DNA of 64,000 bases from Azolla caroliniana. Lineage: Eukaryota > Plantae > Polypodiophyta. Both the position numbers and the translations under genes were made by a program. The stretch is from positions 3,782,001 through 3,846,000 of the forward strand of contig JBHGNT010000022.1 in NCBI GenBank assembly GCA_043228905.1, in the 5' to 3' direction. Positions 26,001 through 39,407 of this stretch are shown here, in pieces (the first letter of the stretch is position 1; every line of letters starts with the position of its first letter). Below the pieces are notes generated by a model, which was given only the letters and a program-made list of their open reading frames with translations, ran no database searches and had not been told where the DNA came from.

Positions 26001-27487
26001 GCCGAATTCCTTTTTCTTCCAGATAGTTGTTGAATTGGCCGGAAAAGTACTCTTTTCCGCCATCCGACCGTAGGCATTTGATCTTCCTCTCCGATTCCCG
26101 TTCCACCATCTTCTGGAGGCTCCGGAAACACTCGAAGACTTCGCTCTTCCGCTCAATGAGGTAGATCCACGTATGCCGCGTGTAGTCATCGATGAAGGAG
26201 ACGAAATATCGACTCCCACCAATGCTAACATTTTGTGCCGGTCCCCACACATCCGAATGGATAAGATCGAGCTTGTTATGGCTTCGATTTCTTTCGGTGG
26301 GGAATGGAAGCTAGTGTTGCTTCCCGAGTTGGCAGGCTTCACAAATCTAGGCTCTCCGGCCGCTAAACTTCGGCAAACCGAAAACGACTTGTTCCGTTTG
26401 TAGGTCTTGAAGCCTCCGGTAGTTGACGTGGCCGATTCGCTTGTGCCACAGGTCGATATCCGACTCGACCTTCTGGCCTTTGGCGAATAGTGCGGTGCCG
26501 ACGTCATTGGTGTTGAGGATAAACATCCTCCCCTCTCTGTGCCCTTGCGCAATAACTTCGCCCTCATCCTCAATGAAGCACCTGAGGTGCGTAAACCGCA
26601 CCTACATCCCCTGGTCGACGATCTGTCCAACTGACACCAGGTTCTTCGTGATCGTCAGAACATGTAATACATTCATCAGCTTCCCCCTGTGTCCGACGTG
26701 GCTAAAAGGGACTTCTCCGACATGCATGATCGGGTGGGAAGTGTCGTCTCCGGTTTCGACAACTCCCGGTTGATCCGGCTTCTCCAAAAAGCAGAACCAC
26801 TCCTCGTGGCTCGTCATGTGATTCGATGCGCCGGAGTCAAGCTACCACAATTCCTCCGATTTGGAAGTGGTCTTCTTCATTGAGTTTGCCTTGTGCTTCC
26901 TCTACGATGACGTTAATAGAGGCAAGTGAGTCACATATCCCTTTGATCCAGGCTGTGTAATCTGCCACCGACATGTTCTTTTGTCGAACATTGCTCAACT
27001 CTTGTCTGAGTTGCAGCTTCCGGGCAGTGGTGCTTGCGGCGAAGACCTTTTTCAAGTTTCCCCAAGCATCCTTCAGTGTCTTGGCGTCACGGATATGGCT
27101 GAGCAGCTGGTCGCCGACACTGGACGCGAAGCAGTACATCACCCTATTTGCCTCCTGTTCCCACACTGGGAAGTCCTTGTGTGTCGTCTCCGGTGCTGAG
27201 TCGTTCACTCCATCAACATAACTCCAATAGCCATGCCCAAGCAGGTACTGGTGCATCTTGTGTGACCAAGATGCGTAGTTGGTTCTGTCAAGCTTCTCCA
27301 CTGGGAGCGATGTAGCCATACCTCTGTCCATTTCTCCTTTTGTGTCTGTTTTCCGATTTGTTAGGGTTTCCTTCACAAGCGTAGATGTCTGCAGCTGAGG
27401 TTCTAAACCCACACGCTCTGATACCATGTTAAAGATTGCTTGCGGAAGCGTTAGAAAGAACAATACACAAAGAGAGACAGAGAGAGT

Positions 27488-27523
<36 letters not shown>

Positions 27524-27860
27524 AGGACACACTATTTTCCAAAGTTATATGAATACTCTGTGTTCTGTATCTACAACGCGCTCATCAGCGCTATTTATAC
27601 AAGTCCACACGAGACTGTTAGAAGTACGGTGTACTTCAATGCTCACACGTGCATCTGACACTAACTACGAGACTATAACTGCCTAGTAGTTTAACCTATA
27701 CTAGGCCTCCGGTTATGGATTGGATCCGGCATACCGGCTCCCCAGCTCACCGGTCCTTACTGCTTACCGGCTCGGTTGCTCACTGGCATACCGATTCATC
27801 TCGCTTACCGGCTCAGGCTTATTCAACCGATCCGGCTCCGGTTGAGCTTGCCGCTCAACA
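22949..27860 (-). mobile_element. Copia-B2, internally deleted element with both LTRs
   Basis: LTRs 22949-23384 and 27427-27860. PBS TGGTATCAGAGC at 27415-27426. PPT next to 23385. TSD CATTT/CTTTT (1 mismatch). gag, PR (DSGASNHMT), INT and RNase H remnants are present, but the RT core is missing. Confidence 0.93.
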
Positions 27861-27865
27861 CTTTT

Positions 27866-30800
27866 CAATTTGCCTTTGCAGGTGATGGTGTTCAGGATGC
27901 GGAAGCTTTTTTGGCATCCTTCGAGCATCATGCGGTTTCAATTGGGAAGGTGAATGACATAGAGAAACTTCCCTTGTTGGTGGCAACTTTCTACTCAAGG
28001 GCTCGGGAATGGTATGAATCCCTATCTCCCAACCAACAATCCAACTACCAATTGCTCATTCAACAATTTCGAAGCAAGTACATCCGATGTCGTAATGCTA
28101 TGGAGGTGCGAGAGGAACTTTTCACGTTGCGTATATCAACATTGATGGAGTATTCGGAGTACGAAAGGGTGTTCAAAGAGCTTTTGGTCAACATGGATCC
28201 ACCTACGAGGAGGCGTAGAGGATGAGTGGTTCAAGATGGATTGATTCAAGGTGGTGGTGAAGAGTCTCTTTCTTGTGGTGATTTCTTTCCAATTCCTGTA
28301 GTGTTGTTTGAATTCTTATCAATAGATATTTGTAGTTGTATATTCTTTCTCTCTTCCTTCTTTCATGATCAATAGATCTTTGTAGTTTTAGATTTATATA
28401 TCTTCTTTATCTTTTCCTTCTATCATCACTCTTTCATTTTAGCACTCCAAGGAGGATCGATCTTTTCCACATCTTGGGAAGATTGATTGTGTCATTGTAT
28501 TATGTGGATGGTGATGGTGTTCATGATGCGGGAGCTTTTTTGGCATCCTTTGAGTGTCACGCGGTTTCAATCGGGAAGGTGAATGACATAGAGAAACTTC
28601 CCTTGTTGGTATGAGTCCCTATCTCCCAACCAACAAGGCAACTACCAACTGCTCATTCAACAATTTCGAAGCAGGTTCATCCGACATCGTAATGTGATGG
28701 ACGTGCGAGAGGAACTCTTCCCGTTGCGTATGTCAACATCGATGGAGTATTCTGAGTACAAGAGGGTGTTCAAAGAGCTTTGATCAACATGGATTCGTCT
28801 ACAAGGAGGCGTAGAGGACGAGTGGTTCAAGATAGATCGCTTCAAGGCAGGCTTGAATCCTTACTTTGCAATGGAGGCAAATTTGAAGGAACCAACCAAT
28901 TTTCAAACTCTTCTACAAGTGTGTCAAGTCTATGATAGACAACTAAAAGTGATGCGAATGGGAGCTGATACAACGGTGGTGATAGCTGGTGCGAATGTGT
29001 TGCCGACTCTAAACGCTCCACATCTATCCTCTATTGTACATGGAGGCTAGGTTTTTCCAAACATCTTTAATTCTAATATAACTAACCAAGCTAGTATACT
29101 AATAATGCGAGACGTAGATAATCTAATATCTGATGGAACTTTCCCCGAGAAACTAAATAGACACCTTGATGAGGTAATGAATCAATTCCGCCAAATGCAA
29201 GCAAGTTTCAACACCAACCAAGTTTGAGAGGTGCCACAAGAAAAACGAGTCCTCATTTGTTATTCTTGTGGTGTTGAAGGTCATATTGCTACACGGTGTC
29301 CTTCGAGACGACAAGGAGGTTTAGGATGAGGTATCTATCAAGTTCAAGGAGGTTCAAATTCCCCGAACAACCATGCAAACAACAATAATCAAGATTCTAT
29401 GGATGGAGGACCATTGCTAATGGCTCAAGTTCCAACAATACCTCCCAATGTAAATCTTCTTCATTTTATGTATGATACTGACAATGCTTGTGATGTTATT
29501 CCAATCAAGAGAACTTGAGCAACCCATAAGGGCAAAGAGGTGGAAGGTGAGTCAAGTAACCCTCAAATAAAGAAAAAAGCTAAGGAGTGTATGGAGTCTG
29601 AGATGGAGAATCCTTCAAAAAGACGTCGTTCAAGGAGAAAGATCAATATGTAGGACATGCCTATGGGGAAAAGAGTGGAGCCTTTCGACCTGAAGCAAGA
29701 GTTGATTACTAATGGACCCTAGATCAATTGGCTGCAACTTATTCAACTCTCTCCAAAGATACAGAAGGAATGGGGACAACTAGTGAGTATACGTCAAAGT
29801 ACCAAAGCAGTGCACTATGCGGGGGTTGTACAAGTAAAGGAACAAAAGGATATTCGAGCCATTATTTCGGTAACCATGAAAGTTCTTCTAATTCAGGATG
29901 CCTTAGTAAATAGTGGTATTAGAATTCCTCCTTCATCCAATGTCATAGTGAGTAAGATTGGAAATCCTATATGTCAAAAGTCCTCCAACAAGGTTGATAT
30001 GTTTGACAAGGGTTTGGTTCCTTGTTTGGGAGCTATAGAGGATAAGGTTATTGATTTTTTTGGCATATCCATTTCCATGGATTTACATGTAATACTCATT
30101 AAAGGTTCATCTTATTCCTTAATATTAAGAATTACATGTAATACATGATTGGAGTATCATGAACTTATCACCATCAAAGGAGTTTAACATCTTCTACAAC
30201 TTGTATCGACAACAACTAATCAAATATATAACGCAGAATGAATCATCTATCGACAAATGCAAGCAAGAAGAGGAAAACATAACAATTGATGGATCTCGTG
30301 GATAGAGAAAACAAATTGTTTCACGTGGTGTCTAAAGATAAAGGAGAAGTCATTGAAGAAGGGAAAAAGACGATGATTTCAAATTATATCCAAGGAGAAG
30401 AGCATCTAAGGTTTATTTCTCTTCTTTCTAAGTTTCCAAAGTTATTCATAAATGTCTATTCACATATAAGAGTAGATGATGACATCAAACACCACATCAA
30501 GTTGAAGGAGAGTGTACCAATTGCCCAAATGCTTCACCAATTTGAGGTTGTGCAAAAAGAAGATCATAAAGCATTGTTACAAGAGAGTTTCATTTATAAT
30601 ATGGAGGATTTGAAGTGTGTGCCACCTATTGTTGTGGTTCCAAAGAAGAATGAGATCGATTTCAAACCCTTGATTGATTCAACTAAACGAGATCAATTTT
30701 TGCTTCCTTTTCGATATGAGATTATAGATGAAATAGTCATTTATAAAAAACAAGGTAGTGTGGAGAATGTGGTATGCCAAGAAGGAATTTATATGGATGA

Positions 30801-30962
30801 ATCAAAGATCGAAGAAATTCAAAAGGTGACAACTCCAACAAGTTTCAAAGTTTTGAAGGTTTTTGTGCAAAAGGTTCACTCTCTTAAAAGGTTTATTTAT
30901 ATGTTGACATGCTTACTTCTATCAAGAGTTATGTATCGCATGGCCCTACTCGTGTTTGGAGA
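27866..30962 (+). pseudogene. Gypsy-A gag-protease-partial RT remnant, with a duplicated 5' end
   Basis: gag-like SRAREWYESL; knuckle CYSCGVEGHIATRC at ~29258; degraded RT PIVVVPKKN...DFKPL...DQFLLPF. No integrase seen. Confidence 0.75.
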
Positions 30963-33900
30963 TGAAAAAGATTATGTGCGAAAGAAATAGAAAACCGAAC
31001 ACAGAAAATAGGCAGGTTTAGTGGAGAGCTTGAATATACATAGTACGCGGGAGAGACAGAGAGAGAGAGAGAGAGAACACACAGAAACTCAATTCAAAAT
31101 AATACTCAATCTGTACGTACAATGTGCTCAATGAGCACTTTTATACAAGTCCATACAAACTGACAGAAGTACTGACACGTACTTCAATGCTTATAACTGA
31201 GCTCTACGCTAACTCCCAAAATATATTCCTACGCGGAATATCTTTCCAACGGCCTCGCGGTTTACGCACAACTACGGCTTCTCGCTACGCACCGGTTGCC
31301 GTACCAGTTTATGCACCCGTTTTACGCACCGGTCCAGCCTAACCGATTGGCCCCAACAGATCCGGTTCTCGGCTTGCACAGCCGATCCGGCCAATGTTGA
31401 GCTTGTATCTCAACACTCCCCCTCAAGCTCAACTTGAGGTTCCATCTGCTCTTCCGGATCTGCACTCCGGTTCCTTCTGGCTTCACGCCTCGCTTGCGCT
31501 CCTCGACCTGTTCGATTCCGCGCGCCTCGACCCCTCCGGTCGGCTTGTTTGCTCACACGGCCCTTCTCAGCTTCCTTGTTGTTGTAGTGTTGGTGCCTCT
31601 TATGATGCCTTCTCTTCCGCTTAGCCCTTGGTTGATTTAGCATATCCGAATCAAACATCTGAACCGACTCAGCTTCCTCCGATCGGTTTTCGCTCTCGTC
31701 CGAGTTTACTGTCTCCAACTCATCTTCGGTCTTCTCGCCCTTGATGGCTTCGTCTCACCCACGCTTGGTTGGCTTCGGCTCTTTCTTTCAACTGCTCCCC
31801 TTATGTCTGCCTTCAAGCTCTTCCGCGGATCTGCCCTCGGCTTCTTCAGCCGATCCGAGATCGAATTCGTCATCCGACTCAGCGTCACGGTCTTTTCCGC
31901 TCTTTTCCCGCTCCCTTCCGTGGTCATCATGGACGTCTCTCCCCCTCAAGCTCGGCACGTCGAGGTGACGCAACCCAAGCGCACCCGAGAATTGCCGCAA
32001 ATTGTCTAGACCAAGAGGCTTGGTGAAGATGTCGGCGTTCTGCCGATCCATCAGAACATACTGAAGTTCGACTTCACCGGAGAGGACACGCTCACGGACG
32101 AAATGGTAGTGCACCTCAATGTGCTTAGTTTGGGCGTGGAAGACGGGGTTGCTAGCTGGATGCTGCTGAGGTTGTCGCAATAGATTGTCGTTGGATAGGA
32201 TACCTCCACCTGCAGATCCTTAAGTAGTCGCTTCAACCATATGGCTTCGCATGTCGCGACAGCCGCTCCCCTATACTCGGCTTCGGTTCTCAACAGCACA
32301 ACTGTCGGTTGCTTCTTGCTACTCCACTTGATCACGGCACTCCCAAGAGAGAACGGGAAAGCGGATGTAAATCGGCGATCGGCGGTGTTTCCGGCCCAAT
32401 CAGCATCGGTGTAACTGACCAACTACGTGGCAGTATCGGTCTGATATAGTAGCCCCCGGTCCTTAGTGCCACTGACGTACCGGAGTACGCGTTGTGTGCA
32501 CTGAAGGTGCTCCTCGGTCGGTCACGCCATGTATTGACTAATCACCACAACCGGGTAGTTGAGATCTGGTCGGGTGATGGTCAAGTATATAAGGCTTCCG
32601 ACTATCTGTCAGAACCTCGTCAGGTCGCATACCTTTCCAGAATCGGGGCAAAGCTTGACGGTTCTATCTAGAGGAGTCGAGACAGACTTACAGTCATCCA
32701 TCCCGAATTTGAAGAGCATACTCAGCACGTAATGTCGTTGGCTTATCAGTATGCCCTCGGGGGTATGGATCACTTCGATCCCGAGGAAATAATGAAGGTC
32801 CCCCGGGTCCTTCATGTCAAATGACACCGCGAGCTGGAGCTTTACGCGGTCAATTTCACCAACGTCGGCGTCGGTGATGACCAAGTCATCAACATAAAGT
32901 AAAATACTAACCGGCCCGAGTCGACCTTTCCGGATGAACAGTGAGGAGTCTGATTTTGACGTCGCGAAGCCTATCTTACGCAATCATTCCGTGATCTTCG
33001 CGTTCCAGGCATGCGAGGCTTGCTTTAGTCCGTAAAGGGACTTCTTCAATCGGCACACCGCTGAAGTGTTCGTTCCGGAGTGAAATCCGGGGGGTTGTAC
33101 CATGTACACCTGTTCCTCAAGCTCACCTTGAAGGAACGCATTCTTTACATCCATCTGATGTAAGTGCCACCCCTTTGCCGCAGCTACGGCTAGTAGGACT
33201 CACACGGTAGTCATCTTTGCAACATAGTCCACGCCGTGCTTCTGCGCGTAGCCTTTTGCTACTAATCGGGCCTTGTAGCGGTTGACAGAGCCATCGATGT
33301 TGTATTTCACCTTATACACCCACCTACTTCCGATCGGCTTCACACCTTTCGGTGCGTCAACTAGGTCCAAGGTTTCATTCTCCGCCAATGCGCGCATCTC
33401 TTCCTCCATTGCGGCACGCCAATTCACGTCATTCGCCGCTTCTACATAGCTCTCCAGCTCACGCAATTCCGCTACACGGGTCATGTACGCATAGTGATGT
33501 GCCATGTACTCATTGTATCCAAACTGCACAACAGGGTTCTTCTGGCGGGTAGATCGACGTAATTGCTCTTAGCCGACGCGGACTTCGGTCTCAAAGATCC
33601 GTCATCACTTCCCTTAGAGTCGGACTCGCGTCAATCCGACTCGTTCCTACCCGTGCCGTAATCCGACACCTTCTTCTTCCCTTTTTCCTTGCGTGTAAGC
33701 CGTCTCCTCGGCTTCCTACGCGGGGAATGCACGGCCGAGTCTCCACTACTCGCCGGCTCTTCATCGAACCGGTCGAACCGACTTAGTTGTCCATCCGGTC
33801 TGCTTAACCGAAACGAAATCGGACTCTCTTCACGGATCCCGTTTTCAGGTTCATCCAGAGGCATCTCGGCCTCACTGACCTCATCGTCAGAACTCAGATT

Positions 33901-36703
33901 TGAGGTGAGTTCCGGAGTCGGAGGCAAGTACCAGGACGCGGACTCGTCAAACACGTCACAGCTCACGCGCGCTTGTTTGGTGCGAGGGTTATAACACTTA
34001 CAACCCTTCTGCTCGTCTGAGTAGCCGACCAAGATACACTTCTCGGCATTCGCGTCCAACTTCCTCCGTTTCTCCTTCGGTACATGCACATACGCAATGC
34101 TACCGAAAACTCTCAAGTGTCGTAGATTCGGCTTCCTTCCGAAATACTGCTCATGCGCCGACATTTTGTCTCCGATCTTATTCTGGATGTATACTGCGGT
34201 TCGTACCACCTCGGCCCAATAGAACTTGGGCAAGCTCTTCTCCTTCTACAATTGACTAGTTCTTCCTCTCGGCCACGCCGTTTTGCTCCGGCGTGTATCT
34301 ACAACTAAATTCGCGCAGAATTCCCATCTGTTGTAGATAGCCGTTGAATTGACCGGAAAAGTATTCTTTTCTGCCATCCGACCGCAAGCACTTGATCTTT
34401 CGTCCTGTTTCCATTTCCACAAACCCTTTGAGGTCCCAGAAGTAGTCGAAGACTTCTCTCTTCTTCTCGATGAGGTAGATCCATGTGTGCCGCGTATAGT
34501 CGTCGATGAAGGAGACAAAATATCGACTCCCGCCAAGACTAACGTTCTGTGCCGGACCCCATACATCGGAATGTATCAAGTCGAGCTTGTTCCGGCTCCA
34601 GTTACGCTCATTAGGGAAAAGAAGTCGGTGTTGCTTCCCTAGCTGGCTGGCTTCACAAATTTGCGCCTTTCGGCCACTAAATTTGGGTAATCCGAACACC
34701 ACTTGTTTCGATTGTAGGTCCTGAAGCCGCTGATAGTTGACGTGGCCTATCCGCTTCTGCCATAAGTCAATATCTGACTCGAGTTTTTGTCCTTTCGCGA
34801 TCATTGCAATGCCACCGTCACTAGAGTCGAGGATAAACATCCTCCCGTCTCTACGCCCTTGCGCAATAACTCGGCCTTCTTCTTTGATGAAGCACCCGAG
34901 ATGCGTGAACCGGACTTGCATCCCCTGGTCGACGATCTGCCCGACCGACACCAGATTCTTCGTGATTGTGGGGACGTGTAACACGTTCATGAGTTTCCCT
35001 TTCTGCCTGACATGGCTCAAGGGAACCTCACCGACATTTGCGATCGAATGCGGAGTGTCATCTCTGGTTGCATCGGTTTCTCAAGGTATGAGAACCACTC
35101 CTTGTGGCACGTCATGTGGTTTGACGCCCTAGAGTCGACGTACCACACCTCCTTCGATTTCGGGGTGGACATCTTCATCAAGTTCGCTTCGTGTCTCGTC
35201 ACGAAGGCCGACCCTTTTCCGGCTTTTCCGGATCCTTCGGCGTAGTGCGATAGCTGCCGATTTCCTTTGTCGGTCTATCCGAAACCTGATCCAGATCCGG
35301 TCCTCTCCAAATCAGCACGCTTCTTCCAGCACTCGCTCTCCTTGTGGCCCTTTTTGCCACAGTACTAGCATTCCGCAACAGATTTCCCTTGCTGATTCTC
35401 GTCGTCTCGACTCCCCCTGTTTCCGGAGGGTCCGGAATTGTTGTCGACATCACTTCGGTGCCTTCTTCCTTGATCCTGTCGGCTGCCTCCATTGCGCACC
35501 GACTCACCTCGTCCGCCATGACCACGGGGCCTATCTCCCTCCGTGTACAGCATCTTGATGCCGGCATGCGTGCTCGTCGACGCACCCGCGTGGTTCTCCT
35601 CTATAAGGAGCATCGACTATAAGTCGAAAAACGACGGCGTATTCTACTGTGTACACATAGTAGTTCGGAACGCTCTGAACTTTGACGCCAGTCCCCCGAG
35701 ACAAATCTGCACCATCTCGCCTTCCTCGAGGTTCACATCGATGGAGGCTAAGGAGTCGCATATATCTTTGATCTTCGAGGTGTAATCAGCCACCGACAAA
35801 TCGCATTGTCGTAGGTTGCTCAGCTCCTGTCGGAGTTGAAGCTTTCTGGCTATAGTGCTTGTGGCGAAAATCTTCTTCAGATTTCCCCAAGCATCTTTCG
35901 GCGTTTTTGCATCCCGAATGTAGCTTAGAAGTTGTTCGCCCACACAGGATGCGAAGCAGTACAGTACTTTGCTCTCCGATTGTTCCCACGCAGGGAAATC
36001 TCTGTATGTCGATTTGGGTGCTGTGTCATTTGCTCCGTTGACATAGCTTCAGTAATCGTGCCCGAGCAGGTACTGGTGCATTTTGTAGGACCAAGACGCT
36101 TAGTTGTTTCTGTCGAGCTTCTCGGTAGGAAGCGAGCTAGCCATGCCTCTATCCATTTTGTTTTTCCTGTCTTCTTGGTTAGTTTTCTTTTCAAGCTATG
36201 TCGACTGCAGATGTTCTCAACCCTCGCACTCTGATACCATGAAAAAGATTATGTGCGGAAACAATAGAAAACCGAACACAAAAAATAGGCAGGTCTAATG
36301 GAGAGCTTGAATGTACATAGTACGCGGGAGAGAGAGAGAGGGAGGGAGAGAGAGAGAGAGAGAAAACACACAAAAACTCAATTCAATATAATACTCAATC
36401 TGTACATAGAATGTGCTCAATGAGCACTTTTATACAAGTCCATACAGACTGATAGAAGTACTGACACGTACTTCAATGCTCATAACTAAGCTCTACGCTA
36501 ACTCCCAAAATATATTCCTACGCAGAATATCTTTCCAACGACCTCGCGGTTTACGCACAGCTACGGCTTCTCGTTACGCACGGGTTTGCATACCAGTTTA
36601 CGCACCCGTTTACGCACCTGTCCGACCTAACCGATCGGCCCCAACCAATCTGGTTCTCGGCTTGCACAGCCGATCTGGCCAATGTTGAGCTTGTATCTCA
36701 ACA
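30963..36703 (-). mobile_element. Copia-D, full-length but degenerate element
   Basis: LTRs 30963-31415 and 36240-36703. TSD GGAGA. PBS TGGTATCAGAGT at 36228-36239. PPT next to 31416. gag, WYVDSRASNHMT, LIHSDVWGP, LYVDDL, TKHIEVHYHFVRE. Confidence 0.95.
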
Positions 36704-36780
36704 GGAGAGTTGACGAAGACATAATAATTGTGGTAACCTCTTTCTTTGTGTTGACAAGGAGAAAGATGGTGATGGCAATT

Positions 36781-36785
<5 letters not shown>

Positions 36786-36858
<73 letters not shown>
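36786..36858. repeat. (TG)n microsatellite in the Gypsy-A 3' internal region
   Basis: About 36 perfect TG units. Confidence 0.98.
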
Positions 36859-36860
<2 letters not shown>

Positions 36861-37624
36861 GAAGTGTGAGGTTTTTCCTATCGACTAACGGGGCTTTTAC
36901 TCACATAATTTGTTTCTTTTTTCTTTATTCTCTCCTTCTTTGTCTATAGCCATGAATAAGGCGAAGGAGAATCTTTGGTTTTATTAGTAGCTTAGGGCTC
37001 ACCATAAATGGTTCACCAAGAAGCTAGGGGGAGGGCTAAATGTGAAAGTGTTTTTAGAATTCAAGGTATTGAAGTCTACAAGAATATAAGGTATGGAACA
37101 TTCACATCCGGAGGTCAGGAACGCGAATCAAGGTCTTGAGGATAAGTCAAACTAAAAGCAAGATACATGGAGAAAAGTAAAAGAAGAAAAAAGCGGACCA
37201 CCAAAATACAGTCTGAACGAACGCTCATAACTCATTCGTTTGTAAAGAGAGCTATCCGTAGCTTTTTAAATCTCTACATTTGGATCTCAGATGAGGGAGA
37301 TATGATGATTATAATATCGTTGTGTCATAGCTAAGAATAGGAGATGGAAAACTTTTAAAAAAAGCGTAAAAAAGAAAGCAAGGGAAAGTTATCTAGTCAA
37401 GGAGACCTTCATATAAAGCAAGAAGAGTAAGGTGGTGGAGGGGGGGGTATGTGGTATTTTCTTGCTCATTTATGTAGTGTGGTTTAGTTGTTATCAATAT
37501 AGCTTTGTATATTTGGATTTATATATCTTCTTTCTCTCTTCCTTCTATCATGATCATTCATTATCAATAGATCTTTGTAGTTTTAGATTTATATATATAT
37601 ATATATATTATCATCATCCTTTCA

Positions 37625-38973
37625 CTATGTACTCAGCTTTTGTGGTCGATAGAGCGGTGTACTCTTGAAGTTTCGACCTCCATGATATCGCACTACCACT
37701 ATAGGTGAAGATGTAGCCTGATGTCGATTTCCGATTGTTCATATTCCCGGCATAATCAGAACCTGTGTAGCCTTCGACTTTGGCTGAGGTTCTCAGTCTG
37801 AAAGTCAGTTGTGTATCTTCCGTCCCTCTCAAGTACCTAAAGATGTGCTTGACGGTCTCCCAGTGCTTCCGTCTTGTGTTTGACATGTACCGGTTGACCA
37901 CTCCAACGGCATAGGCTAGGTCAGGTTGGGTCGTCACCATTGCGTACATGATACTTCCTACGGCTGATGCGTAGGGCATCTTTCCATTAAGCTCTCTCTC
38001 CTTGTCTGTTGAAGGAGAGTCTTTTGTCCGATAGTCGGATCGACGTCAGAAGCGATGTTGGTGCTAGCTTCGCATTCTCCATGTTGAAATGCTTCAGCAC
38101 CTTCCAGATATAGTCGGACTGGGAGAGTCAGAGAGACTTGGTCGTCCAATTTCTCTCGATCCTCATGCCCAGTATGTGACGGGTTTGTGCGAGTTCTTTC
38201 ATCGCGAACTTGTCGGGAAGGCTCTGCTTGATTGCTTCCTACTATCAGCATATCAGCAACATATAGGATCAGATAAATCCTAGACTCATCGGCCAGTTGC
38301 TGAATATACATGCATAGGTCAGAGTCGGATCAACAGTATCCAAGTTGCCTGATGTAGGATTGTCCTCCCCCCTCGCCGTGAAGCCTGCCGGTTTAGACAT
38401 GTAGATGTCTTCTTCTAGATCTCCGTGTAGGAATGTCGTCTTTACATCTAGCTGCTCTAGCACTAGGTCTTCTGTCACCACAACTCCTAATAAGAGTCGG
38501 AGGGCGGTCATCTTGACTACTGTTGAGAATATCTCGTCGTAGTTGACCCCATATTCTTGTTTGAATCCCTTCGCGACGAGCAGAGCTTTGTACTTGGGTT
38601 TTTCTCAATCAGATACATATTTGTATCAAAAAACCCATTTGCAAGGTAGCGGCTTCCTTCCAGCTGGTAGTTCGACCAGCTCCCATTTCTGATTCTTGTG
38701 AATCGAGTCCATTTCAGATCTCATGGTTTGCAGCCATGTGTTGGCGTCCATTGTGGCCATGGCTTCTTTATAAGTGTTTGGTTCGGTTGCATCGATGTAG
38801 TTGACATAGTCGAGGCCCAGTTGAAAAAACTCGGTTGACCTTCAAGCTCGTCCAGATCTCTTGGGTGCCGAGATAAGTGGTTCGGATTCTTCGATCGATT
38901 TGGTTGGGCAGTCGTTCTTTGATGAACCATTTGTGTTAGGAGTCTTGTTAGGTGTCACGTTGTCCTCCCCTAA
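37625..38973 (-). pseudogene. Copia-3 RT region, the upstream continuation of 3907-4745
   Basis: QLDVKTTFLHGDL, PYASAVGS, ALSTTKAEYI. Joins seamlessly across the CTATG TSD to AASEESKEAIWM at 4740. Confidence 0.9.
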
Positions 38974-39407
38974 CACGTTCGCGTTCACAAGTGGAAGGAT
39001 CGCGCATAAATGGAAGGATAAGGAAAATTTTGGTTGATTTTAGGGCTTTTTCAATGATTTTATAAAACACATTGATACCAGTATCATACATGTTCAAACA
39101 TACTATGAAAAAGGTTAAAAATCCACTATTTTCGTGATTTAGAAGTAAATAAAAAAAGAGGAATTTCAAAAAGTTACATCCTCAATTTATATCACAAACT
39201 TTACAACCAATGTTATTTTATAAGAAACGATTTTTTAGAAATCATAAGAATTCAAAACACATGCTTTTATATTACTCGATTTGTTACAAGCGGAATGTAG
39301 TTACACTTAATAACCAAAAATACATTCATGATCACTCCTTTACAGAGAATCACTACTATAACTAATATACAATGATGATTCCTCTTCATCATCCTCGGAT
39401 GTACCAA

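Larger units (their letters stand above)
4746..37624 (+). mobile_element. Gypsy-A, degenerate LTR retrotransposon that hosts five nested insertions
   Basis: TSD CTATG at 4741-4745 and 37625-37629. 5' LTR is split (4746-5005 plus 22512-22866). 3' LTR 37041-37624 follows PPT AGGGGGAGGG. LTR sequences match (TGTGAAAGTGTTTTTAGAATTC...CATCCTTTCA). Confidence 0.9.
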
